A model generated the notes under the pieces. The model saw only the letters and a list, made by a program, of their open reading frames with translations. It did no database searches and was not told the DNA's origin. A DNA stretch of 64,000 nt. Origin: Klebsormidium nitens. Lineage: Eukaryota > Plantae > Klebsormidiophyceae. Shown here piece after piece: positions 34,648-45,476 of this stretch (positions within the stretch are counted from its first letter, which is position 1; each line of letters opens with the position of its first letter). Both the position numbers and the translations under genes were made by a program. Location: NCBI GenBank assembly GCA_000708835.1, contig DF237322.1:26139-90138 (forward strand), read 5' to 3'.

Positions 34648-37271
34648 ATGGGCGAGGATCTAATTGAGGAGGACAGCTTCGTAGATTTAGAAGCCGGCCC
34701 GGCGGCGCACCACTTACGGTGGGGTCACCACTATCTAGAGCCTCTTTCCATGTCGTCCACACCCAAAACAGAGCCTGTGCTGTGGCGCTCCTGGGAGAAG
34801 GGCCGCAGGAGCAGCACCGGCAGCCAGCGGGGCGACAGCAGCCCGGGGCCCAGGTGAGGCAGCCCCACAGCCGCAATGGGTGACAATTAGCTTTCCATGT
34901 CCTGACTTTACTGCTAGAAGCAATTTGTTGAGCTGCTCTTCTTGGGACATGTCTTCTCTTTGTGAAGGGTGTCATCAAAGGTGTCACCTTGACGCCGTGC
35001 CAGGACCCATGTTGGCAGCCAATCCATGCAGCTGCACTCTGCCATCATCGCAGTAGGCAGCAGCTATGGCACCGTCAGACAGGCCCTGCTGAACCAGCTG
35101 AGCTGCTAACCAGTGCCACGTTGCTCTCCCTCCCTCTCTTAGGCCGGACTGCACATTGAGCAGCTCCTTACCCCCCCTCCTCCTGTTCTGGTGTCCAGGC
35201 GCTCATTGGATGGCTCGCCGGAGGGCCCCCCCGGCCCAGGCTCCCTGGGTGCGTACTTGCGGCGCAGCCTGGCGGCCCTCTTTTTGGGCAGCTGGTTCAA
35301 CGTGCTGCTGCCGTTCCTCCCCGCGGCCATGGTGGCGGCGCACCTGCAGCTGGGCCACGCCACCGTGTTCACTCTGACGTGCCTCGCGCTGGCGCCCCTC
35401 TCGGAGCGGCTGGGCTACATCACGGAGCAGCTGGCGCTGGTGACCAACCCCACGCTGGGCGGCCTGCTGAACGCCACCTTCAGCAACGCGCCCGAGCTCA
35501 TCCTCTCCCTCTTTGCGCTCAAGGCCGGCGTCTTCCGCGTCGTGCAGCTCACCCTCCTCGGCTCCATCCTGGGTCAGCGCCGCACCCTCACACTCCGAGA
35601 TTCCTGTTCAAGTCCCCGGTTCGATTTACGGTTGGCCTCTGCATTTGAGAGCTGGCATGCGGACAGCCTCTGAACAGGGACAGTGCCTTGCAGGGGCAAC
35701 CGCTGTTTGCCACCCCTGTTGCTGAAGCTTTCTGGCCCTTGGGGTTGCGTGCAGGTAATATTTTGTTGGTGGTAGGGTGCGCCTTTCTGGCGGGGGGCGC
35801 GCGGCACCAGCTGCAGAGCTTCAACAAGATCGCCGCCACCACCAACGCAGGTCAGCCACCCGACGCACCACCCGGGCCCCCCTGGCCACGCGGCTTGCAA
35901 GTGGGCCAGGAATAGCCTCTCCATTCACCAGCTCTTCAGTTGTCGCAGGGGGCTCAGTTCTAATAGCTGGGGATTGCCTTCGCAGTTCGTCGTTGTCTTG
36001 CTTTCAAGCCTTCGCCTGGTCTACTGCGGTGTCTAGCGGTGGTCTCACCCTAGTATGAGGTATCCTTTGTTGGGGGATTGGAGCATTCTAGCCATCCGTG
36101 CCAGCCATCAGACGGCCCAGGTTCTACCCTTATCTGACGCAATACCGTTTGTCCTGATCGTTTCGCGTTATGCAGTCGACTTTGCCAAAATGTACATCGG
36201 TCTCCCCACCCTTTGGCCCCTGCTTCGCATTCATTGCCGCGTTGCTGCGCGCCTCCCGTTGCAGGGCTGCTGCTGATGGCGGTGATGTCCATCTTGTTCC
36301 CGACCATCCTGGTGGCGCAGCACACCGAGATCCGCGCGGACGCCAGCCTGGCGCTGTCGCGCACCACGGCCGTGCTCATGCTGCTGGCCTACACGGCCTA
36401 CATCCTGTTCCAGCTCGTCACGCACCGAAGCCTCTTTGACGCCCCCACGCCGCCCCCCGCCACGCTGGCGGGCCTGGAGACGGGGGCGAGCGGTGATGAG
36501 GACGGCGAGGAGGAGGAGGAGGTGGTGCTCGGCTTCTGGGGGGGCCTTGTGTGGCTGGCGCTCGTGACGGCCGCCATCAGCAGCCTCTCCGACTATCTCG
36601 TGGCCGCCGTGGAGGGCGCCGCCGTGCAATGGGGCGTGCCGCTCGCGTTCCTGAGCGTGATCGTCATCCCGATTGCCAACAACGTGACGGAGCACGCGGC
36701 GGCGGTCGTGTTTGCGGTGCGCAACAAGGTGGACATCAGCCTGGGCATCGCGCTCGGGTCGTCGACGCAGATCGCCATGTTCGTGCTGCCCCTCGTGGTC
36801 CTCGTCGGCTGGGGCCAGGGCGCGCCCCTCACGCTCGACTTCCGGGTCTTTGCCACCGCCGTGCTCTTCTCGGCCACGCTCGTCGTTGCCTACCTCCTCC
36901 AGGTGACCCCCGCATGCTGCACATCCTCAACTGACCGCCTGGTCGGCCGCGTCCGCCTTGCATTGGCAGCCGCCTCCATTCTGCTTGCCCAGCTGTTCCT
37001 TGCCGTACTCGCCCTGGGAGTATCTGCAAGACCACTTTGGTTATCACCGCACCGAGTTTGCCATCGCATGCCTCCTCTAAGCGTGTGTCTCTTGCTTGGT
37101 GCGCTTGGCTGCGCCATGACGTGGGCGGTGTGCGTGCAGGACGGCGAGAGCAACTGGCTCAAGGGGCTCATGCTGGTGACCATGTACGTCGTGGTCGCCG
37201 CCGGCTTCTTCCTGCACAAGGACGCGCGCCTCCCGCACCTCGCCACGCCCCAGCTGCATATCGACCTTTAA
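34648..37271 (+). CDS. CAX: Vacuolar Ca2+/H+ exchanger (CaCA/CAX family)
   Basis: Exon 1 (34648-34853) with DLEAG. Then LAPLSERLGYITEQLA, GGLLNATFSNAPELIL, LLGSILGNILLVVGCAF, acidic loop DEDGEEEEE, HAAAVVFAVRNKVDISLGIALGSSTQIAMFVLP, and DGESNWLKGLML. Confidence 0.93.
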
Positions 37272-38268
37272 TCGCAACCAGGCAGCGTCATCCGGATGAC
37301 ATTGCGCAGATTACCCTCACGAGAGGGGACGAGCAGGTTGCATGAGTGTGTTGTTGCGTAACGAACCTTTGACTTGCAGAAAAACAAGGTATCCATAGCG
37401 GGCAGCTTTGTTCTGGGAGCAGGTATTGCTAGAACGGGACTTCCGTGAGAGGTTGTGACCGTTTCGGACGGCTCACTAAGAAAGCTTTTGCAATCCCCGG
37501 ATGGGATCGTCTTTGATTAGGTGGTGTCACCGTCAGCTTTCTCAGGTTAAGAGCTTATGCATAGATGAGATAGGTGTACGTGGTTTGGTACAGGGATGGT
37601 ATAGCAAGAACGTGCAATTTGCACCCACAAGATTACAACATATGCTTCATGACATGGGCTGAATGTTGGCGCATATATCCGTCACTCAGTGCCCATGAGA
37701 CGTTTCACTACCTGCATAGCGATATACTTGATCGGAGTACATATACAACAAAGTGCATGTCAAATGGCGCATGACGTACTAGGAAGTATACAACCTAACA
37801 TGATGTATGTACACGTCCATTCGATCGACCTTTGGCATGCGCCAGGCCAGGTCCACGTGGCGCCCACGCGTGCACTCATTCTCTGAAAAGTGGTCGCATC
37901 ATGTACATGACCCATTCCTTTGGCCGAAAGCGCAATCCTTGCTGCGACCGCCGCAGCCAGAATCAAGCGCAGCCGGCATCAAAATTCGTATAGCCTGATC
38001 CAAGATTGACTCATCTGGCACGTTTAGGCAAGCCTGACCAGTGAATCTGTAGACCAAAAAACAAAATCAAAAATTGACGCGGCAGCTTGCATGAACTGGC
38101 TCGTGGTAGATCGGCGTGATGCGCCTAACATACCTCAGACTCTGTTTTCTTAAGAGCGTGCCTCGCTTGCGGACGAACGGCTTTGAAAAAATGTGACTTC
38201 CCATGAACTTAATTTAAATCACCTTAATCGAGCAGAGCCCCGGCCTTATCGTTGGCCAGCTTCCGCCC

Positions 38269-38601
38269 TCATGCCACTGCGAACGAGTTCCAGGCTCCCT
38301 CGACAAACTTCGAAACTTCTTGGCTCCTTTGAACCAGCGCTTGTCCCCGGCCTGCGCCTTGAGGATGTAAAGCTTCCCGTCCGACACGGTCGCGTTGATC
38401 AGCTGGTGCTTGCCGCCCTCGTCGCCATCCGCTGTCGTGGTGAGCACCTGCAAAACACGAGGCGAGGACTCAGGGCCGGCGGAGAGAGCAGAGGCGTTCG
38501 ACACTTTGCAGTCAATGACAAAGCCTAAGCCGTAAACCTCAGACAACCCCACTGCAGGCAAACGGGCCTTCAGAAGATGGGCTCAGCACGGAGGAGGCCA
38601 T
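38269..38601 (-). pseudogene. PSBP: PsbP (OEE2, 23 kDa) pseudogene: start, last intron and last exon only, with an 8-nt frameshift
   Basis: Exon from about 38448 reads [45 protein letters not shown], then an 8-nt insertion. Removing it restores [11 protein letters not shown]. Only about 150 bp separates this exon from an ATG (MASSVLSP) at 38601, so the middle exons are missing. Confidence 0.85.
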
Positions 38602-38690
38602 TGGAACGGACTCGGACAGGGAGGGCAGGCCGGCCAGAAAGCCGGGGCAAACGAGCAAGTGCGAGATCTTCTCACTTCACTTTTTCTAAG

Positions 38691-38813
38691 TTTTTGGCAT
38701 GCCATTTTCTTTGCTGCCCAGTGTGCGCCCGTGTGCGCGCGAGCGTACGCGTTACTGAAAATGGGTCGTCCAATGCCGCAGTACGACGTCGCAAATTTCT
38801 TGGCGATCGCGTC
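38691..38813 (-). repeat. Dispersed repeat copy B, in the PsbP-pseudogene/RFC2 divergent promoter region
   Basis: Reverse complement matches 25447-25588, including a 42-bp identical block. Confidence 0.85.
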
Positions 38814-39292
38814 CCACCAATTCTTACCCGTTCGCCCGCTTCATCACATTGCGCCATACCTTTGGCATACGGTAGCTTTTGGCATTCCGGTGCTTACCTT
38901 GGGCAGCTGAGCCTTGTGATTTGCAGGAGTGAGGGCGGGATATCCTTTGAAGTTTGAATTGTTCTTCAAGCAGTTCTTGTCCCGCTATTAGTTCAAGGCG
39001 TCACTGGGCTCCTGTTGCAAGGATTGGGGGATAGAAAGCATGCATCGTTCGTAGCGCCTCCTGCTATCATGCCGTCAGAAAACATATGTGGATGTTTTCT
39101 GGCAGGCTTCCAAACTCCGGTGTTTGCGCCCCTAGTTCTGAGAATTTTCCCTTTTCAAACAGTTGATCTAAAGTGGGGTTTCTTGAAAGCTGCCTGTTAG
39201 GGTATCGGAACGGCTGCTGGTTCAAAAATGGACTCAGTGCTCCAGGTTGGTGTAAGGAGCTAGACAGAGTGCTTGCACCCTGAGCCCTGAGG

Positions 39293-42200
39293 ATGGCAAG
39301 CGCGAGCAAGGCTGCGCCAGCAGCGGGCGCTTCGTCCTACTCCAAAGACTGTGACCTGCCTTGGGTAGAGAAGTACCGGCCACACAAGATCAGCGAAATC
39401 GTGGGCAACCAGGATGCGGTTTCGCGCCTCCAAGTTATTGCGCAGGATGGCAACATGCCCAACCTCATCTTTGCTGTATCCTCCGCATGCGGCTCAAGAC
39501 TGTCGGGCATTGTGACCACCTTATGTACTATTTTGATCGGTCCTGATCTTCAATGTGGAGTAGATTCTCTGTGCTGCCTGTCTTAATTGCAAGAGCTTTG
39601 TTGAGCCAAAGGAACGTTCTTGCTGGCGTTCTGTCTATGTTTCCATGGATTCTTGTCCGAGTAGAATTTGATACCAATACTAGCGGGAAATCAGCGCCTA
39701 TCTTTGACGCAATACAATCAGGGGCCCCCAGGGACGGGCAAAACGACCAGCATACTTGCGCTTGCTCACGAGCTGTTGGGGCCCAGTTACAAGGAAGCTG
39801 TTCTGGAACTCAATGCTTCAGATGACAGGTACGCGCGACGAGAAGGAAGGTTGCCTTGAATCGTATTATTTGTTAGAGCTCCTCGAGAAAAGATGCAGTT
39901 CTTTGGGGCCTTGGTGCAGTGCGCTCCCTGTCATTTGCTTGAGGCTGACAGTCAAGACACCTGATAATTGCTACTTGCTTGCTACAATGTACCTTCTTCC
40001 TGCCAAAAACCGGATCGCTTCTGTCCGTCAAGGGTGAATGCAGCTTCATGCCCGCTATGTCTCATCCGAAAGTGTGCGGCCTCCTCTGAGTAGTGGCACG
40101 GGATCCCTATGCCGATTGAGGTGGGAGCGGGCCTTCATCTCAACACAATGGCTTTGATTCAGTTGAGTTCCATCAGTCGTTTGCCATCAGGTTTTTGACG
40201 CCGTTCAGAAATTTGTACCCTCTATCTCATTGTGTAGAGGCATCGACGTCGTGCGAAACAAGATCAAGATGTTTGCTCAGAAGAAGGTGACGCTTCCCCC
40301 GGGTCGGCATAAGATCATCCTGCTAGATGAGGCTGACAGGTGAGGAGCGTATCATAGGACTGAAAATTACGGTTTGCGCGGTAGTGGGCACAATTCTGGC
40401 GGTGTAAATCGATCATGAGTGGTCCTGCCCCGTCCAGAAGGCGCCATGTGGCAGAAACAATGCGCTTTTGGACATGTCTCATCTCTGTGAGAAGGTGGTC
40501 CAAAGGGTGTGTTGACGTTGGATTCCAATCATTATATGCCAGCACTTCGGACAAAACAATGGCCACAAGCAGATAAGATTGGACGTTATCAACGGGCACG
40601 CCTGCTAGCAGCATTTGCGACTGCAGCACCAAGTTTTCCTTGCCCACGTTGCTTCGAAGTGACAAAGATTCGAAAGTAGCTCGACGACGTGCTCCTCAGC
40701 ATGACATTCTGGGCCAACAGCCCCTTGGACAGACGAGAAAAGTCAAGATCTCGTGCCAACGGTTCACTGACCGCTGCGGTGAACATATTCTTCCACTACC
40801 ATTGCGTTGCGCCATTTGTCAATGTGATATATCATTCGATTGACGTTACTCCCCCCTGGTGCAGCATGACTGCAGGCGCGCAGCAGGCGCTGCGGCGTAC
40901 AATGGAGATCTACAGCAACACGACGCGCTTTGCGCTGGCGTGCAACCTGAGCACCAAGATCATCGAGCCCATCCAGAGCCGCTGCGCGATCGTGCGCTTC
41001 TCGCGCCTCTCCGACATCGAGATACTGGCGCGCCTCACGGCCGTTGTGCAGGCCGAGCAGGTGGGCACATGCAGATTGTCTGGCCCCTCTGATTTTGAAG
41101 TTCGCGAGAACTTGTAGAACGTAGCTCACACACCGTCCTCAAGGACCTGGACGTCCTTTTCGAGCATTTCTCTTCAAGCGTCCTGGTAAACTGTCGTTTG
41201 CTGACCATCCCCGATTGTACGGAAAGTGGGGGAACGTCCAGTGTTGAGCCAAGGTGGTTTGGAAGAACTCGGAGAGACCTGATGAATGGCCTGGGAGCAG
41301 CTGGAGGCGCTAGCTTCGACGTCCTCCCAGATCCAGACTTGACAGCGTCCACACTCAACACAGATTTGTCGTCATTCTTAGAATGGTTTCTACTACAAGA
41401 GTTCAGCTTTTCCTAGATCACCTCGCTGCACCCCTCGGTTGAATCCCATTCCCCCCCCCCTATCGCGTTTAGGACACTTTCATTCCCGTCGCGCCGTATA
41501 CCTCGTCCGTCCAAGAATCTTGAGGCCGTCGTGTCGTAGTTACACCAGACCTCTAACGCACATTTCGGATCTCATGCGAATCGATGTTGCTGCTCTCCTC
41601 TCCCCTTCTGACAGGTCTTGTCCTTCCCAAAAGCTTCAGAGCTGTTGTCCCCATGCTCGCCAGAGCTAGGAATCCCTATGACGCACACTTCAGATCACCT
41701 GCGGATGGCAATCGCCGCTCTATTTCCCCTCCCGTCAAATTTCGTCCTTTTCCGAAAGCCTCAATGGCGCCACGTCAGACCCAGAAATTACCCAGCAACC
41801 CACCCGCAGATGAACAGCACTGTTCGCCGTCCCCCTCCCTCCGCTAGGGCTCGCCGATTTTGATGACGCACATCTTCGAAATCCGCGCAAATCAAGATTA
41901 CTGCTCTTTCTCCTCCTCCGGCAGGTGTCGTCCGTCCCCGAGGGCCTCGAGGCCCTCGTGTTCACCGCCGACGGCGACATGCGGCAGGCGCTGAACAACC
42001 TGCAGGCGACGTTCAGCGGGTTTGGGTTAATCACCCAGGAGAACGTGTTCCGCGTGTGCGACCAGCCGCACCCGCTGATGGTGAGCAACATCGTGCGGCA
42101 CTGCCTGGGGGGCAACATCGACGGCGCGCACCAGGGCATGAAGGAGCTGTACGACCTGGGCTACTCCGCGACGGACATCATCACGACGCTCTTCCGGGTG

Positions 42201-43439
42201 GTCAAGAACTACGACATGCCCGAGTTCCTCAAACTCGAGTACATCCGGGTACGCTTTTCAGATATTCCTATACGAGTCGTTTTGTTTTGAGTTCCGATCA
42301 TTTCGACTTTCTTCTCGTATCGTTTCGAACGTTTGTTTCGCATGTGAATGGAGGAGTTTGATGATTTCGAAGTTTGGGGTTTCGGGTACGGACGTCCATA
42401 TAAGCTGGTTCGATTGGACACGAAGTACGAGATGCGGAAGTCTCGCGATCTGGAGATATCCGGGGATATTTGCAACGATGGTTTTCGAGACTGTGGTAGC
42501 TTGTGAAAACGGGGTTGGAAGTTTTGAGTGAGCGCCGAACTCTGTAGAAGGCTGGTTCCTCACTGACGAAAGCACACGATACCCGAGTCTTTCGAGTTCG
42601 AGACATTCAGAAAGATTCCGTCATCCGCGGCAACATAGAGATGAAGTACTGGCAAACCGTTTCACGTCTTGTATTCCGGATTATTGGTATTGATCATCTG
42701 GAACGAACTCTCGTAGGGTTGTGGTTTGCATGCTCAAATCCTGGTAGGTAATTCAGAAATGCTGGTTTCCTCCGATATTGGGCATGCAAATATCACAATC
42801 CATGTCTCTTTACCGAAGCTTTATTGCTCAGTGAGGGATTCGGAAAGTGCAGTTGGCGACCCTGTGAAGCAGGCATGGCCTTAGATGAATATTTTCTTAT
42901 CTCCGTTACTGCCTTCTGTATAAAACGCTACGGTTGCTTGATGTTTTAGAACTGATCAGATGCAGGAACAGAGTGAGTGTTTAATCCGGGTTTTGCGTCG
43001 AACAAGCAACTACAGCAGAACAGCCTGTTGGAACACGTCTGAGTGTTGCATTCTTAGCAAAGTTAACAGTTGCGTAAGTAGATCTGATTTTGGTCACTCA
43101 CTTGACTGCCTCCTGGAGAACGACCATTTTGCGTTCATGGATGCAGGCAACTCTTGCTTCTTTTGTTGGTCCTCCTATTGCCCGAGGAGATGGTCAGATG
43201 TCAAAGCGTGACCTACACTTGAATTGTAGACCATTTTCGGAGGACCGTCCCAAGCTCGCCTTACGAAGAGTCTCTCTCGTACCAGACTCAAGTTGGATTG
43301 CAGTCAGATTGATCTCCTTTGATCCTTGCAGGAGGTTGGCTTCGCACACATGCGTATCAGTGACGGGGTGGTCTCCCTTCTCCAACTGTCTGGCTTGTTA
43401 GCAAAACTCTGCCTAGTAAAAGAAAGGGCAAAGGCTTAG
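39293..43439 (+). CDS. RFC2: Replication factor C small subunit (human RFC2/yeast Rfc4 type)
   Basis: [18 protein letters not shown]|[15 protein letters not shown] (Walker A), LELNASDDR|[57 protein letters not shown], and last exon [26 protein letters not shown]...AKA*. Confidence 0.95.
39476..39721 (+). other. Candidate U12-type (minor spliceosome) GT-AG intron 1 of RFC2
   Basis: Donor GTATCCTCC. TCTTTGAC branch-like motif 13-20 nt before the AG. No polypyrimidine tract. Phase 0 between IFA and GPPGTGKT. Confidence 0.7.
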
Positions 43440-44688
43440 TCGGTGTCAATCGGTCACGCTACCTTGTCGTGCGGAGTCAGCCTTTCTAGCTCTTCAGCAT
43501 ACTCGCGTCGCCATCGAGTGCGGCTGCTCGAGGCTTCCAAGAACATCTGACAGCTTGATCAGCGTCTTTGCATTTGTCAATCACGAACGGCATGTGCTGC
43601 ACGCTCGAAACATTTGTCGCTAAGGTAATTTCTCTGCATAGTTGTCACGCTAGACCATTAGGGCAGTGCTTGACAGTCCTTGCAACAAGGTCACTTTCAT
43701 GCAACACCAACCTGTTGCACATGGAAGCGCTTTACCTACACATTCCGTCAACGTGCATCCAAGCGGCACACAATCTTTCATCCCTCATTCTTTCCATGTG
43801 CAAAAAGCGGCAAGCATGGATAGGCAAGCAATATCGCAATGATTATCATTGAGCAAACCAGCGAGCTACACGCCTTTATTCCTCGTACGATTGTCGAAAG
43901 ATGAAGTTCGGAGCTGGAAATTGTGGCAAAAAACGCCGTCTTATGGGAAACATAAATGGAGACATTGGCCGGGTTGGAACTGGAATCTGCAAAGAGATTT
44001 GTCGATTTTTTTCATGGGATCACTAATGAGTCATTATTATGGACAAAGAAACGTAGTGCAAGAAACGCTGAATAAATTGTTTTTGCTCCCTGCATTAAAT
44101 TCTTAAATAGGCTTTCACGCAAGCTTTTCTGGTATAGACTCAGCTCCCTTTAGCAACCGCAATTGTGGATAAAGCACGCCGGCCTCATCCCGATGCAGTG
44201 ACAACATGATGCGCATGACACGGGGGGCACTACTATTGCTTTGCGAAATTTGATTCATACACGTGATTACATCCTTCATTCGATCCTTTCTGTGATTCTG
44301 CATTGTGAAGCTGCAGCCTGGATTGTAAGCAACGGATGGTTTTACGAACTTGGACCGTGAGGACCGATATGATGGTCTCTTTTCGTAACGCCGTAGCCAG
44401 TGCGGCCTATTACGCTTCTCATGGCATACATGATTGTTGTGTTTGAATTCGATCCCCGGTATTTTCCAACACTAAAGCCCCCCCGCTCCCTCCTGTGGAG
44501 ATCTTAGCGTCGTTGCACGAAAGTGGACGATAGTTTCTGCTTGTCTATCAATTTACAATCCCACCAGACGGACGGTGCATGAGTTGCAACTTGAACTTAT
44601 GTTGGCGTCCAATCATCGATGGCATGCCCCCACGGACCCATCAGGGTCCCGTTCTTGTTCTAGAACTTGTGCCAAGTAGAAGTTGGAG

Positions 44689-45267
44689 CAGGGTTTCCCA
44701 TGGACTTTCGTCCCGGCCCGGCACCCCCTCGGTCGTACCGGCTGGCTGGCCGGCTGCGCCGGCCGGCCACCTTTGCCCATGATGCAAGCCTGGCGGCATC
44801 ATGACGGCCGGAGGGTGACGGCCGGAGGGTGACGGCCGGAGAGCTCCCGGGGGACCCCCCGCGCGCGCTGGGCCCTTTTAACCAGGTGGTTGGGTCTCCC
44901 CGGGGTTCAAGCCACCTTTCGACCACAAAGTTTAGGGGTTGCCTTGTCGTGCCTAGCTGTATCCTCACATTGCCGTACAAAGCTGCAGGTGTTCTCGATC
45001 CTTTTCGATGTTTTTAGAATCTAGACTCTTGGTCGAGCGGTTGAGATGATTGTTAAGCGACCAGTCTTGGACCCGGGGAGACTCACCGGACGGGGCAAGT
45101 CCAGAGTGGTCCGGGGCTGGCACCTACCTATTAGGCTCTGGCTGGCAGGGTCCTGGCAGAGCCGGCTGCAGGGCCGGCCCACAGCCGGCAGGGTGCCTTC
45201 GGCACCGGCCGGGTTGGCAAATCTACCGGCCAGGTCCGCCCCAGCGTGCCGGCTGTGGGAAACCCTG
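44689..45267. mobile_element. Non-autonomous hAT-type MITE (579 bp)
   Basis: Perfect 12-bp TIR CAGGGTTTCCCA...TGGGAAACCCTG and perfect 8-bp TSD AGTTGGAG (44681-44688 and 45268-45275). Subterminal regions are rich in CCGG/GCCGG. Confidence 0.92.
44802..44843 (+). repeat. Three-copy 14-bp tandem repeat TGACGGCCGGAGGG inside the hAT MITE
   Basis: Copies at 44802, 44816 and 44830 (the last has one mismatch). Confidence 0.9.
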
Positions 45268-45476
45268 AGTTGGAGTACCCAGCCGAATTTGGCTCCGCAT
45301 TCACTGACAGTGATAATTGAGTCCCATGCCATGCATGCGCATGAGGTTTGCCGAGTGAACTTTGAGATGGCGCATAGAAACAGCTGACAGTGATGGTCCC
45401 CACCTTCTGGTGAGGAGGCAGGAAGCCCTGTCGATTTGAGAAGCCCCAGGTGAAGGCAGGGCCACTCTCGTATCCA

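Noticed and set aside
38940-38948. ATATCCTTT AT-AC U12 donor consensus upstream of RFC2
   Set aside because: No convincing TCCTTAAC branch point with an AC acceptor found, and no evidence the region is transcribed on this strand.
44391-44470. tRNA/SINE-like A-box and B-box resemblance
   Set aside because: The B-box is mismatched (ATTCGATCCC), no cloverleaf can be folded, and no second copy is seen.
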